From: Chara braunii
Taxonomy: Eukaryota > Plantae > Charophyceae
Direction of reading: 5' to 3'
NCBI GenBank assembly: GCA_003427395.1
Contig: BFEA01000017.1
Coordinates: 1,012,875-1,073,223 of the forward strand
Length of the DNA stretch: 60,349 nt
This document shows, piece by piece, positions 24,731 through 37,291 of the stretch. The notes under the pieces were generated by a model that ran no database searches, was not told where the DNA came from, and saw nothing but the letters and a program-made list of their open reading frames with translations. Both the position numbers and the translations under genes were made by a program. Each line of letters begins with the position of its first letter. Within the stretch, counting starts at the first letter, position 1.

Positions 24731-27700
24731 AGGGCTCGTTAGACACTCCTCGGGGCGTCCTCGGGGACCGAGGAGTTTTCCTTCGAGGCTTCCGAGATTT
24801 TTCCCGCCGCCGTTCCACTTATCCTCGGGATGGACGTCCGAGGAGGATTCCTATAGAGGTCCCATGGCCAGTCGTCGTCTAGTTAATAATCTTATCGGCG
24901 ACCGCGGGGTGGGGTGGGGTCGGTGGTCCATGGGCGGTTGTCCTCTGGGACGGCCGTGGTCCAACATCGATTGGTGGCAAAAATCCGAATCTTCACGGCG
25001 AACCCCCCCCCAAAAAAAAACTAGGCACGCCGTCCCTGTTCGAAATTCAAATTTCGAATGACATCGCTGGGGTGAGGGCGGTCCATCGTGGTGTTGTGGT
25101 GGCTGGCGAAGGATGTAAAAAAGGAGGCTCCTTCTACAGCACGTCAGGGGGGTCGACATGGGTGCTGAGTGTGGCCAGGCAAGGAAGACGTCGGTGGAGA
25201 AGACGCCATCGCGCCAGTCGCTTGGGGGTGGGGGGGAAGATTCCATCGGTCGTCGTCAGGGGAGAAGTTGCTATCGCGCCAGTCGTCCAGGGAGGAGACG
25301 CCATCGCGACAGTCATCGGGGCGAATACTGCGTACGGCCAGGCAAGGAAGACATCGGGGGAGAATACGACCTCGCGGCTCATTTGGGAGCGATGGACGGC
25401 GGCGACCTTGACGTCGGTGGGAAGCAGACGACGACAGAGAGGATGACAGTGGCAGCGACTGTTACTGCAGTCCTCTTTCGTTGTCAGATAGAGAGGACGA
25501 TGGCATTGGTGGGAAGAATGAAAGCGCAGATCCACGAGAGGAGGAGGAAGGTCACGTAGTGCACAGCACTGGAAGGCCCTGGGTTGGACATTGTGGCCAT
25601 CTGCGATGTCGTACTTCATATGTGTTGCGCCTTGGGTTGCGGAACTCTTCCCAGAGCAACACCGGGATGGTGGATGAAAAAGAGGACGGGTGGCGCATCA
25701 ACGGGGGGAGAAGACGCTGCAAGTGACGAAGGGCAGTCGGTAAGTTCCCCGGGCAATGTCGTGAACGATAGGGTTCCCTATTTTACCTCTCCCATATAGC
25801 CTTTGCTATCTCCAACAGTGCTTGGCACATGAGCTTGCTCACGTCGTCTGAAGCCGCATAGTGCTTTCTCTGCACTTCCACCTCCGCTTTTGTGGCTTCG
25901 CATTGTCGAATTTGAATGGAACACTGCCTCTTGCAAGTGCTCTCCATCGTCGTTGTTATTAGTGTCCCGTGCTTCTCAATGCATTCCGTGAGAGCTTCGA
26001 AAGTTTGTTCCCTAACGTTCTTCCTCTTCCTGAAACCGCCACTGCTGCCCGTCGCTGGTGAAGACCCTTTCGTGCAGTTGTTGTCTTCGTCATTGTCGTT
26101 GCCACTCGCGTCCCCATCATTGACAGATTCAAGGCTGCCTACAAACCCGGACGACAGTTGCACACCACCGAAACCGCCTGTGTCAGCTACATTCTTCGGG
26201 TTTATGGTGTGACTCTTGGCGGTGGAACCCTTGATCTCGTCATACACGGCCCGATCCCTGGTGAAATTGAAGCCACGAGCAGACCTCTCCTTCCCGTCAA
26301 TTGAAAGAAGTCATGCTTCCCAGACTCCCCCTTGAACAGGTGTACCTTCTTGAACTGTTGCATCAAGTTCTCCCATTTCTTCCCACACTTGTCAGTTGTC
26401 CTCTCCACACCAACTTTCTTCGTACTCTCTTCAACATCTCCCCACTTCCATTCCCTCGACTTCATGCAAGCGCATGCGTGGCCCATCCCCTGCAGATGCG
26501 CATCCTGGTCCCGCTTCGCCCTTATGAGGGCGACCATATGGTCGACTAACCAGAAGTTTCGCCTGGCCTCGCCGTCCACGTCGCCCTCCCCCTTGCTCCC
26601 CGCAGCCACCCCTTTTTTTCCCCTTGGCACCGTCGACGAAGAAGCCTTCGTCATCCTTTATGACCACCTATGGTTTTCTGCCGTATCTGCTGAACGTCGG
26701 TCGTCTCGTCGTCCCACCGTTCGTCATCAGAGGCGGCGGCGTCGTAATCACCACAATCCACCACCTCCGACTCCTTCTCTGCCATCCCTTCCCGCACATG
26801 CAGTCACTGAACCCCCCGCGTTAGGCACTCCTTGCGTTCCCTATGCACCTGCTGCCCATGTTCCACCCACACCTGCCTCCTGACCCGTTCATCGGGAGCG
26901 CTCGCGAAGTCTTCGTTCGTGGACACGTGGCAAGTCGTGCGGCCACCGTTGCTTCCAACCCCCGACAACGGCGATGGTGGCTGCATCCACTTCAGACGAC
27001 TGGCAGCAGCACGTGGTGGCGCTAACGACGGCTGCGAGTGGACTATCGGACACTCCCTTGTCTTTTGTGATGTCACCCACTCCCCGCTCGGAGCCTTTGC
27101 TGATCGGCCGACTTTTGTGACTTGCCCCGCGTTGTCGTCGGGGTGGGGGTTGACAAGGAGAGTGCGGGTCGTGGCTGATGAGTCCCCGCTACACAGACCG
27201 AATGAAAGATTCACGCCGGCTGCGTCGTCGCCTTCGCGAATGCCGCCTTCCAGTAGTTCGATGAAAGACTGCCGACACTCCGTCTCACGATTCCCATACA
27301 ACTGGCTCCCCGCCCACTCCTGGGTGGAGCCGTTTCCCTGTGCCACGGTATGTGACCGTGCTTCCTCCTCCTCGTCATCTGATGTGTCTGGCAGGGGTTG
27401 TTCGTGTGGTGGCAAGTGGGCGTATGCAGACGGATCGTACCGTGGCACTGCAGAGCATGTCGGGATGTTGCGCGCCCCGTGGCTTGCGACTCTGTCCACT
27501 GGAGTCCTGTTATTCGCCTGCCGCCCTTCCATGATGCTGCCCTTCGTCCAGGAACGCCTCTTGCGCGTGCGTCCAGACAGCCTACCGAGGATGCACACGT
27601 GGAAGACGACGACGAGACAAGTGTGACCAACACCAGGAACAGCAGCGGTAGTCTCCAGAAGACGTCGGCCATGAACGACACGCGGTGAAGGGCGGTAACT

Positions 27701-28176
27701 ACAGGACGCCGGTACGGCGGCAGCAAATGGCGATGACACGACGGTAGAAAACTGCGACGAGAAGAGGGCAGCAAACGACAGACTGTCCAGTTTGACTGGC
27801 GTCGTGTAGCTGGGAAGAGAAAGTTCACCGACCTCAAATACTCAAATTTTCCGTCCGTTGGGCCGCTTTCCGTTTGGCGCCACGCACTGCAATGATGTCC
27901 GTGCGCGGCCCGGTAGGAACTCCAATGGACTAGCCGACCAAAATTTCTCGCCGACGACGGGTGCCCTCGCCGCTCCGTTTATCGCGGATCCTTCACCTCC
28001 AAGGGACCTCGGGAGGTACCTTGGGGGAAACTGCAAAATGGTTGTGGCCCGAGGATTCCCCGAGGACGGCCCGAGGAAATGTTTTCACTTTTTTTTTCGT
28101 TTTCTTTCCCTGAGGATAGGTGGAACGAAGATTTCATCGGGGATTTGACTCGCCCAAGGAGTGTCTAACGAGCCCC
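24731..28176 (-). mobile_element. Non-autonomous PIF/Harbinger-type transposon (3446 bp)
   Basis: Perfect 19-bp TIR gggctcgttagacactcct (24732-24750) / aggagtgtctaacgagccc (28157-28175); 3-bp flanks TTG/TTA; carries a Myb/SANT gene; no DDE ORF seen. Confidence 0.88.
25783..27532 (-). pseudogene. Trihelix (GT-type)/Myb-SANT DNA-binding protein, frameshifted
   Basis: FWLVDHMVALIRAK..WKWGDVEE..GVERTTDKCGKKWENLMQQFKKV (three-Trp trihelix); C-terminal coiled-coil 25783-26247; disordered N-terminus 26804-27532. Confidence 0.85.
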
Positions 28177-28414
28177 TTAGCCTTTCTTCCGAGTACTCTC
28201 CAACGTGGCTACAACACAGCCCTGCGACGTTCCGAGCTGATGGCACATCAGGGCATGAGTAGGTGCGTACTACATGAAAGTTGAAACCAAATATAAACTC
28301 CCAGTAGTGGGACTTAGACCTGGATCTTCAATCAAAGCTCAATCTTTTGTGGGTTTTGATAATTTCCCATAACATTATGTGCAATTGGTTTATAGTTTGA
28401 GGGGGTAAACACGT

Positions 28415-28614
28415 ACCACTAGTTCCTCTGCCAGTGTTGGGAAAATAGGGAAAAGTGGCAGTATTCCCAAACTCCTAAAGATTCGAAGGTCGGGCCCGAC
28501 GACGACTGCCATTGATAAATCTGATCGGTGGTCGTCACTTCGTTTCAGCCTCCAAAAAAGTCAGAGGACCAACCGAGGCCCGCTATTTTCCCACGCGGCA
28601 AAGGTACTAGTGGT
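28415..28614. mobile_element. MITE (200 bp), ACCAC termini
   Basis: accactagttcctctgcc..gggaaaatag / ctattttccc..ggcaaaggtactagtggt. Confidence 0.7.
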
Positions 28615-28781
28615 TAGGGGCCATTTACCCAAAAAAAAAAAAAAAAAAAAAGGGAGCCAGGGGCCAGGACCCACTAGCGTCGTATTATAGAGTGCGATAG
28701 TGGCGTGTGACACCCTTTTGGCATTTGAAAAATGATTTTTGTATTTTTTCAGATATAAAAAACTCGTGTTCTTCCAGTTAA

Positions 28782-28924
28782 ACCACCAGTACTTGGGCGA
28801 CGCCTTAGCGTTAACGCTACGCGATTTCCACGGCCGGCGGACCGTCGATAAATCGAATCGACAGCCCGCGCTGCTTCAAGATTTGGTCGGCCGGCGCGGC
28901 GCGCAGTGCCCAAGTACTGGTGGT
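28782..28924. mobile_element. TTAA-flanked MITE (143 bp)
   Basis: Perfect 17-bp TIR accaccagtacttgggc / gcccaagtactggtggt; TTAA on both sides. Confidence 0.85.
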
Positions 28925-29700
28925 TTAAAGGAAGTAAAGTTCAGCTTAGGGTGCTCCCGTCAGCCAATGAGCTATGAGCCATGGAATTCTTCACCCCTTT
29001 TTTTCTGGGTGTGTGGCACTGTGTGCTGGACTCAGCCAATGGGCTGGGTCCTCTGAAGGTGCTTGTTGTCAGGTCATTATGATATTTGGCAGCAGTACAC
29101 ACGAATTCGTGTTTTTTTTGTTGGCCTTTTTGTGCACACGAAGCACTGTAGCAAGGTCACAATATTGCCCCCCCCCCCCGCCGAAAAGTCTGGAAAACAC
29201 ACGACGCTGCCATAGTGATTTTGAAATAAAAGAAAAAGGAGCAATGGGTGAAAGTGCGCAGGGTACACAGCCAAAACGTTTTTGCTTTTTGCTCGGTTCC
29301 GGCTTGTATTTTTAATAAAGAAGAGTTGCTATTTAAAAAAATATAAATTAAAAATTTTGGCCTTAAAGTTTTCTGAATCTGTTCAAAACTCAAGAATGCC
29401 GCACGATTTCCCTTTCCCCTCCCTTATAGATGGCGTGTAGCAATCCAACTCTCTGCCACACGTGATTGAAAACCGTACGTTCGTACACGATATAATATGC
29501 CACTAGTGGGTCTTAGCTCCAGGGTCATTTCTGGGACAATTCCAGTTATGGAATGTTGTGTGAGGGAGTGGGTCCTTAATTCTTTTTTATTTTTTTTTAA
29601 AGGGCAACGAGCTTGAGATATCATCATCATCATGGAACTGACCAGCCCTAGGCCATTCTTGATTGTACTATTTCTTTTTTCTTTTTTCTAATTGCAGTAT

Positions 29701-29760
29701 TTCACTTTAGTTCTTTTCACTTTAGTTCTTTTCACTTTAGTTCTTTTCACTTTAGTTCTG
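29701..29760. repeat. 15-bp tandem repeat x4
   Basis: (ttcactttagttctt)x4. Confidence 0.95.
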
Positions 29761-30206
29761 CTTTTTTTTTTTTTTTCCTTTGTTCTTTTTTTAAGTCCAT
29801 GGTGTTGTAGAGGCCCGTCACTGAGTGCACAGTGATCACGTGGCGCTGTGGGTCTTCACTCTAGTTCTGTTTCCAATGGAGTTCAAACTCAGTTCCGTTT
29901 TTTTTTTTTTTTTTTTTTTTTTGAAAGTCACAGCCCCTGTATATTCTGGGTGGGGCAAGTTCGGTTTCTTATCGCCGGAAAGCATAGAAAATACAAGAGT
30001 CAGAAAAGCTAAGAAGCATAACTTCTTAAGGTCACAAGCGGGCAGCAGGGGACAGTAGTTAGAGTACCCAAATTCTGCCCTGTGAACAATAAAGAAATTA
30101 TGAAGCCATATGCTCCACTTTGTACTTCCTTTATTGGAAAAAGTCCGAGAAACTGAAAAGTATATGTCGATATATATATATCTATAAATATATAATATAT
30201 ATATAT

Positions 30207-30866
30207 CATGGTTGTCAACGGGAAGTCCGGATCGGGATCCAGACGGTCTGGTCTGGATGTCCGGATCCGGTGTCCGGTTTGGGCGGTCTGGTTGGGCCCC
30301 ATTTTTAGAAAATTCGAATTTTTTTTGGGGGTGTCCCCAGGCCATTTTCTAGTGCCTGGTGGTCCCCCGAAAATTGTTGGCGCAGTTTTTGGTGGACCGT
30401 TAGGCCAACCGTGAAGGGCCTGTACTTGCAGTCTTGGGTGAGCTTCAGCGGGCCAAGGAGAACTGGTTGTTGTTGTGTGTGTGTGTGTGTGTGTGTGCAA
30501 CACGGTGCATGTGTGTGACACTGTGTATGTGTGTGAGTGTTAAAAATAAGTCAGCTAATACAACTACAGCATTGTGTGTCTGTCGGGTTGCTTCCTCTTC
30601 TTCTTCTTCTTCTTCTTCTTCTTCTTCTTCTTCTTCTTCTTCTCGTCTTCTTCTTCTTCTTCTTCTTCTTCTTCTTCTTCTTCTTCTTCTTGTTCTTCTT
30701 CTTGTTCTTTTTTTTTTTTTTTTTTTTTAATCCAGACATCCGGACCTGTTAATTCACAACCGGACCATCCGGGTCCGCATGTCCGGTTGTCTGGAACAGT
30801 GTTCGGATTACCGGATGTCCGGGCCCGGTGTCCGGTGTCTGGATGTCCCGGTCCGGGGCAACCATG
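30207..30866. mobile_element. hAT-type MITE
   Basis: TIR catggttg/caaccatg; 8-bp flanks atatatat/atatttat; subterminal tccgg repeats; internal (GT)n and (CTT)n. Confidence 0.8.
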
Positions 30867-30899
30867 ATATTTATATATATACATATATATATATATATA

Positions 30900-31665
30900 C
30901 AAGGTTACCTGACCAAACATTCGGGGGGCCCCGGGCTGGCCCCTGAACGTTCGGGCGTTTGGGGTCCCGTTCGAGGGCCGAACACCTCCACGTTCGGCCC
31001 CCGCCAAAAACAATTTCGGGGCCTAGAAATAAGTTTTTTTTTCTGATTGTTTTTTTGTGAGTTCTCTATGATGTAACCTACTCGCCTACCAATTCTAAAG
31101 TCATTCTGCTAAGCCCAAAAAACATAAAAAATCGTCAAAAATGGGGGTGTCAAAACGTGCTCGCCCACTTACTATTTTGTTATTTTTCACTTTTAACTTT
31201 TTGTTTTCACTTTATTTCGGGGCCTAAACAAAATTATTATTTTTTGAAAACTTTTTAATGAGAGATTGATTATGTAAACGGCATATCGGTAAATTTTCAG
31301 GGCATTTGTCAATATCAAAAAATAATGAAAAATCGGCAAAGATGGTGGTGTCGAAAAGGTGCTGGCACACTCACTCATTTTAATTCTCTTTTTATTTTTT
31401 CTTATTTCTATCATAGTGTTTATTTTTTTTATTTGATTTTTGATTCAAATTTGGTAAAGAATTTGGATGTATTTCCCAGGCAAATGTTGTTTAGTTTATT
31501 TTTATCCATAACATTTGTTTTTTCGGAATTGTTTGAAAACTTTATTTATTTATTTATTTTTTTGTCCACGTTTGGCCCGAACGGCCGAACGCCTTCCGAA
31601 GGGGTCCCGTACGGTCGGGTGTTCAGGTTCGGGCGTTCGGCCCGTCCCGAACGCCGGTAACCCTG
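30900..31665. mobile_element. hAT-type MITE
   Basis: TIR caaggttacc/ggtaaccctg; subterminal gttcgg/ccgaac repeats; TSD not clean. Confidence 0.7.
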
Positions 31666-31692
31666 ACTACATATATAATAACAACAAGAAAA

Positions 31693-31866
31693 AACTACGG
31701 CGCAGTCAGGGTTTGAGTTTGTAATTGCACTTAAGGCAAAAAAGTCGATAATGCTGAATATATATGACCTACGTTTCGGGTCTGGTGGGATCGCGTAGGG
31801 GTGTGTTGTATTCCCGGGATTGCCTGAAGTGCAATTACAAACTGTTTTCGTGACTGCGCCGAAGTT
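31693..31866. repeat. Short hairpin element with ~47-bp imperfect inverted repeats
   Basis: aactacggcgcagtca..gtttgtaattgcacttaaggcaa / ttgcctgaagtgcaattacaaac..tgactgcgccgaagtt. Confidence 0.8.
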
Positions 31867-32345
31867 ACCCTTGACAACAATATATATAAGTCAATATTAA
31901 ATTATTAATTAGCTTTTCTTTTCAATGGAACTTTGTCAAGTACTAAGTTGCAACGCAAAGAACCTTGAGTAAGGTCATCCTAGCAAAGAGGATTGGATTT
32001 AAATTGCTAAGATCGCCACAGCCCAGGCACGGTCTCGGCCCATAATGGCATTGTTATTCCCCACATACCCAGCCCTTCGCAACAACCGACTCCACACAAG
32101 ACGAAAACAAAAGATCACAACAAACCCTACAACTTCAATCATCCGGTAAGGTTAAGATAGCCAAATCCAACCCTCAGTCGGTTGTGCAACCGATAGAAGT
32201 TAGTTCTCCACCTAAGCTCCTCAAAATGCGTCGTCCAACGAATAATTACAATCACCCACGAATTAGAGTCAAAACTGAGTCGGTTAGCAACCTATCACAT
32301 GTTGAGAAAGGATGCAACCAGAATGGTTGAACCGACCAACAACAT

Positions 32346-33330
32346 TTACGTCATGAACAGCATTGAGATGCGAATCCTATTAGAAAAAAATGCTGCAACT
32401 TTTCGATCCGGGATCAGTCCGGTCAACAACCGCTGACAAAGTTCCCGAATTCTGGTCCTTGACAATGAGAAGTCATAATTATATTTGACAACGATTCTTG
32501 ATCGAAATCCCTGCCCCGCCTTCTTGCTCAACACCCTACTCAAAATTCCTTTCAACATAGCTCGTTGTCACAAGCCTTACGATATAACTGCTTCCTCCTA
32601 CCAGGATAACTTAAAAATGCAATCAACATTCCTTCGTTTCAATCACCCTTATCCCTACAGGGTCGGAGGTGACTAATGTCGACAGACTCCCCTTGCTGCA
32701 ACAGAAGTCGAGATCCTCCTAATAGCAATTTACCAGATCCTACGGTAATATTAGTCGTCCCTAATAGCCTTCTAACCCGTGTCCATCCATCCAGCCACTG
32801 GTTCCCCGGAGTGGTCGTCCGTATACCTTTCTTGTGTCCAGAAGCATACGTTTTTTTCAAAATTCTAGTGATAGAAAAACCTTCGATGATGGTAGAGGAA
32901 GAAGAGAACTGGTCAATAAAACAAAAATACACATACTTTGAAACTCTTTTGTTTTCCCTATTTCCCCTACGTTCCTGTCTGTCTGGCCTCTTCCGCTCGT
33001 TCTTCCTAACTTTTCCTTTTGTATTAAGTGCGGGACTCCATCTGGCTGTTAAGTCATGTTCCACCAATTCCAATTCCTCGACAGAAGAAGATACTAGAGG
33101 TAGAGCTATATATGCATCCCAACCTTTTTTACGGAACCACGATTTCAGTTTGTGATTATGTCCATCGTCCCGATCCACTGTATTAACATGCTCTTGCCAT
33201 CGATCATATAATTTTTTTCTGCGTCTTTCCAATGTACGTGGCTGGATACAATGGGGAAGCAAAAACATACGTACAACGATCTATATTCATCCAAACCTCA
33301 CGTGTTTCCAACCAAGATACCCAATAATCC
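32346..33330 (-). pseudogene. GIY-YIG endonuclease, copy 1 (frameshifted, truncated)
   Basis: LYDRWQEH..E.ELVEHDLTARWSPALN match the conserved Arg, Glu and P.LN motifs; the YIG part is in an adjacent frame. Confidence 0.8.
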
Positions 33331-33503
33331 CGAAATTTATTCAGCCAAAGAAAAATACCACAAAAAATCAAATACAAGAGTAGTATTTAGTACCCTATCG
33401 GATTTAGTCCATAGCTTTCTCCTTTCCTTCCTCAACCGTTTCCGCATCGCAAAACATCGTACCAAAGAAGTGATCACCCAATCATCGTAAGAAATAGTCG
33501 TAG

Positions 33504-34871
33504 CTAGGACGTCGTCTCGTTAATGGTCCGAGTTGGTGACGAAGAGTTGCTTCCAACTCCAAACGCAACAACCGCCCTTCGTTCTGCAAGTTCCGCTGCA
33601 GTCACCGTCTTGTTGACGTAGGCTATGTCATCCTTTTTACATAGCTCTTGAAGCTCCGGCTTAGATAGCCGCACCAGTATCTTTTTCATGTCTTCAATGT
33701 AGCGTTCCCTCGCTTCCGGACCGCTGTCTGCGACAACGACCTTTCTTCCCAGAATCACCTGATCGAACTCTAAGCCTTTTATTCCTCATCGATTTGGTGG
33801 TTCTGATCGATGTGTTCCTCCTGATGTGCTTGCAACTGAAGCAGAAATAATAGAATCGTCCTTGTTTGGAGCGCAGGGGTCCGAATACGTAGCCCACTTG
33901 CAGCTCGGTGTGCCGCGATGGATGGTCCTGCCGTAGTTGGAGGGGCGAGAGTAGGTTCCACAAGGGTGGCGACAGGTGGAGGAGAAGATCGTCGAGATGG
34001 AGATGATGAAGCAGGAGGAGGAGGAGAGGAGAGGAGGGAGGAGGACGAGGACGAGGAGGAGGGGGAAGAGGGAAAAATTGGGGTCTAAGAGATGGGGGAG
34101 GTCGAGCGGAAGTCGATGGTTGGGAATTTGGACAAGCGGAAGTTATAGGAGGCGGCTGTTGTCGAAGAGCACCACCTGCTGCCGGATTCCTATCCCGCCC
34201 CACCATATGTCTCTGATCGTCAAGTTCCTGGCAGATCCTCAAAAGTGTGTTCTCAGTTTTTTCTTGACTCTGTCGCATCAAGCTCTCCACCTTTTCTTGA
34301 CTACGCTTTAAACCGTTCATCTCCATCGCCATATGTCCCACCTGCAAGCCACTCGATGGTTCGTCAACTTTCCGTTTCCCTTTCTGCTGCTCGACTGGTG
34401 AACTTTGTTCCATTTTATGGTTAGATCTCTTGCGTCCTTCTTCTTCCAATGCCCTGATACGACTTCCCATCTTCCTCTTATCGCCTGCTCCGATTCTCTC
34501 TAATTCTGCCCATATCTTTTTATTATCCTCACTAGTCTTCGTCAGTAGCTCTATCTCCGTACTCGAGCTTTGACCCTTGTTGCAAATAGCTGAATCAATT
34601 ATCTCCCTCATCCTTGCGTCCTTCTCGATTGCCATATTTTCCTTTCTAGCTTTTTCCAGTTCTCGTCCTCTCATTGTTGTTTTTCTTGTTCCTCCTTCGC
34701 TTTCAACGCCGCTTCCTGCTTTCTTTTTTCATTCTCTTCTCGTTTCTCTCCGAAAACCTTTTGCAGTTGCGCTGCCACCTCAGCAGCCCTTTGCACCACT
34801 ACTTCTCGAGCTTGATTACCCCTCCTGTAGTTTCGATTACCACTAGTGGTAAAATTATTTTTGTTGTTCAT
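33504..34871 (-). pseudogene. Upstream coiled-coil/Pro-rich ORF with SAP-like C-terminus
   Basis: Fragments 34671-35093, 33694-34674, 33504-33758; LSKPELQELCKKDDIAY resembles a SAP helix. Confidence 0.5.
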
Positions 34872-35291
34872 AGTAATAGAAGCACTGGAGTCGGCAGGTA
34901 GAGTAGGCGAGGAAGGAAGCGGCTTGGCCGCATTAGGTGCGGGGAGAAGAGGGTGGTGAGTGGAGGTGAAAGAGGAGGGAAGTGCCTGATTGCCGCACAC
35001 TTGAGCCACGAAGATCGTGACAGGCGAGGCACCGTCTCCGCCCATTGTTATTCCCCACATACCCATCCATTCGCAAGAATGGACTCCACACAAAAAGAAA
35101 ACAAAAGATCACTACAAATCCAACAACTTCAATCATCTGACAAGGTTAAGATGGCCTAATCCAAGCCTTGGTCGGTTGTGCAACCGATAGAAATAAGTTT
35201 TCCACCTAAGCTCCTCAAAATGCGTCGTCCAACAAATAATTACGATCATCCACCAATCAGATTCAAAACTAAGTTGGTTAGCGACCTATCA

Positions 35292-35568
35292 CAGTGGTCG
35301 TCTGCCGTACGTCGTACGGGGGATCTCCGTACGGCCCGTGCGTACGGACGTACGGACGGCCGTACGGGCATACGGACGGCGGGCGTCTGACAGTGATTTG
35401 GCGGTCAAACAAAACCCAAAAAAAAAATAAAAAAATATGGGGTTGTAGATCTACAACCCCATTTGTTTTTTGTTTTTTTTTTACCTTTGAAAGGATTTAA
35501 AAAAAATCAAAAACAAAAAAAAAGAAAAAAAAAAAAACTCATAGCAAAAACAAAAACGGGTAGTTGCC

Positions 35569-35623
<55 letters not shown>

Positions 35624-35962
35624 CAAGGGGGGGAGGCAACCCCCCCATTGCCAATCAATCAATCAATCAATCAANNNNNNNNNNNNNNNNNNNNNNNNNN
35701 NNNNNNNNNNNNNNNNNNNNNNNNNNNNNNNNNNNNNNNNNNNNNNNNNNNNNNNNNNNNNNNNNNNNNNNNNNNNNNNNNNNNNNNNNNNNNNNNNNNN
35801 NNNNNNNNNNNNNNNNNNNNNNNNNNNNNNNNNGTTTGTGTGTGTGTGTGTGTGTGTGTGTTCGCGGGGGGGAGGCGACCCCCCCACTGCCAATCAATTA
35901 ATCTATCAATCTTTTGAATGGATTTTTTTTTTCTTCTTTTTCGTATTTTTTTTTCACGCTCG

Positions 35963-36002
<40 letters not shown>

Positions 36003-36051
36003 GTCAATCAATCAATGTGCACATGTTAATCAATCAATCAACCAATCAAAT

Positions 36052-36097
<46 letters not shown>

Positions 36098-36358
36098 CAA
36101 AGTAATCAATCAATCAAAAAAAAATATTCCATCCGGGACCAAAAAAAAAAATAGTTTTTTTTCTGTTTTTTTTAATGGGGGGGTACCCCCTGACTCCCGA
36201 CCCCCCCCCCAGCCCATCCACCCCCTCAGCACCCCTCCGGAAGGCCGTGTACGGACGGCCCGAAGTCCGTACGTACGAGTCGTACGGGCGCCGGGGGGCC
36301 CATACGTACGAACGCCTGGATGCACGGACGGGCCGTATTCGTACGACGGTATACACTG
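35292..36358. mobile_element. hAT-type non-autonomous element
   Basis: CAGTG...CACTG termini; perfect 8-bp TSD acctatca (35284-35291, 36359-36366); empty site visible at ~32300; cgtacg subterminal repeats; internal (GT)n and (CAAT)n. Confidence 0.92.
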
Positions 36359-36499
36359 ACCTATCACATGTTGAGAACGGATACAACCTGAATGGTTGAA
36401 CCGACCAACAACATTTACTTCCCAACAATATTGTACAAACAACATTGTTGTGTATCTTCGAATGTCCCAACAACATTGTACAAACAACATTTACTTCCA

Positions 36500-37291
36500 A
36501 ACAACATTGTCGTGTATCTTCGAATGTCCTAACAACATTGTACAAATTTAACAAGTCCCCACTAACCTTGTGATATAACTGCTTCCTACTACCAAGACAA
36601 CTTAACATTGCAATCAACGCTCCTCTGTTTCGATCGCCCTTATCCTTACGAGGTCGGAGGTGACTAATGTCGACGGACTCCCATTGCTGCAACAAAAGTC
36701 GAGATCCTCCTAATAATAATTTACCAGATCCTACTGTAATAGTACTCGTCCCTAATAACCTTTTAACCTATGCCCATCCATCCAGCCATTGGTTCCCCGG
36801 AGTGGTGGTCAGTATACCTTTCGTGTGTCTAGAAGCATAAGTTTTTTCTAATGATAGAAAAACCTTCGATGATGGTACAGGAAGAAGAAAATCAACTTGT
36901 AAGAAGAAAATGCACATACTTTGAAACTTCTTTTTTCTCCTGTTTCTCCTGCGTTCCCGTATGTCTGACCTCTTTCACTTGTTCTTCCTGACTTTTCTTT
37001 TTATATCAAGTGTGGGACTTAATCTTTCTATTAAGTCTTGTTCCACCAATTCCAATTCCTCGAGAGAAGTAGATACTAGAGCTAAACTATATATAAATCC
37101 CAGCCTTTCTTACAGAACCACGATTTCAGTTTATGATTGCATCCATCGTCCCGATCCACTCCATAAATATACTCATGCCATCGATCATCTAATCCCCTCT
37201 TCGTCTTCCCAATATACGTGGCCCGATACCACGGGGAAGCTAAAAAATAAGTGCAACGATCTATATCCATCCAATCCTCATGTGTTTCCAA
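36500..37291 (-). pseudogene. GIY-YIG endonuclease, copy 2 (frameshifted, truncated)
   Basis: CTYFLASPWYRATYIGKTKRGLDDRWHE gives the GIY-x10-YIG..R pattern. Confidence 0.85.

Noticed and set aside
28416-28613. CACTA element (cacta...tagtg)
   Set aside because: The inverted match extends outward (ac/gt) and there is no 3-bp TSD
32130-32152. Minimal hammerhead in the Penelope-like repeat (also ~35125-35145)
   Set aside because: Core reads C[G/A]GATGA-tt-GAAG, breaking invariant positions, with no stem II
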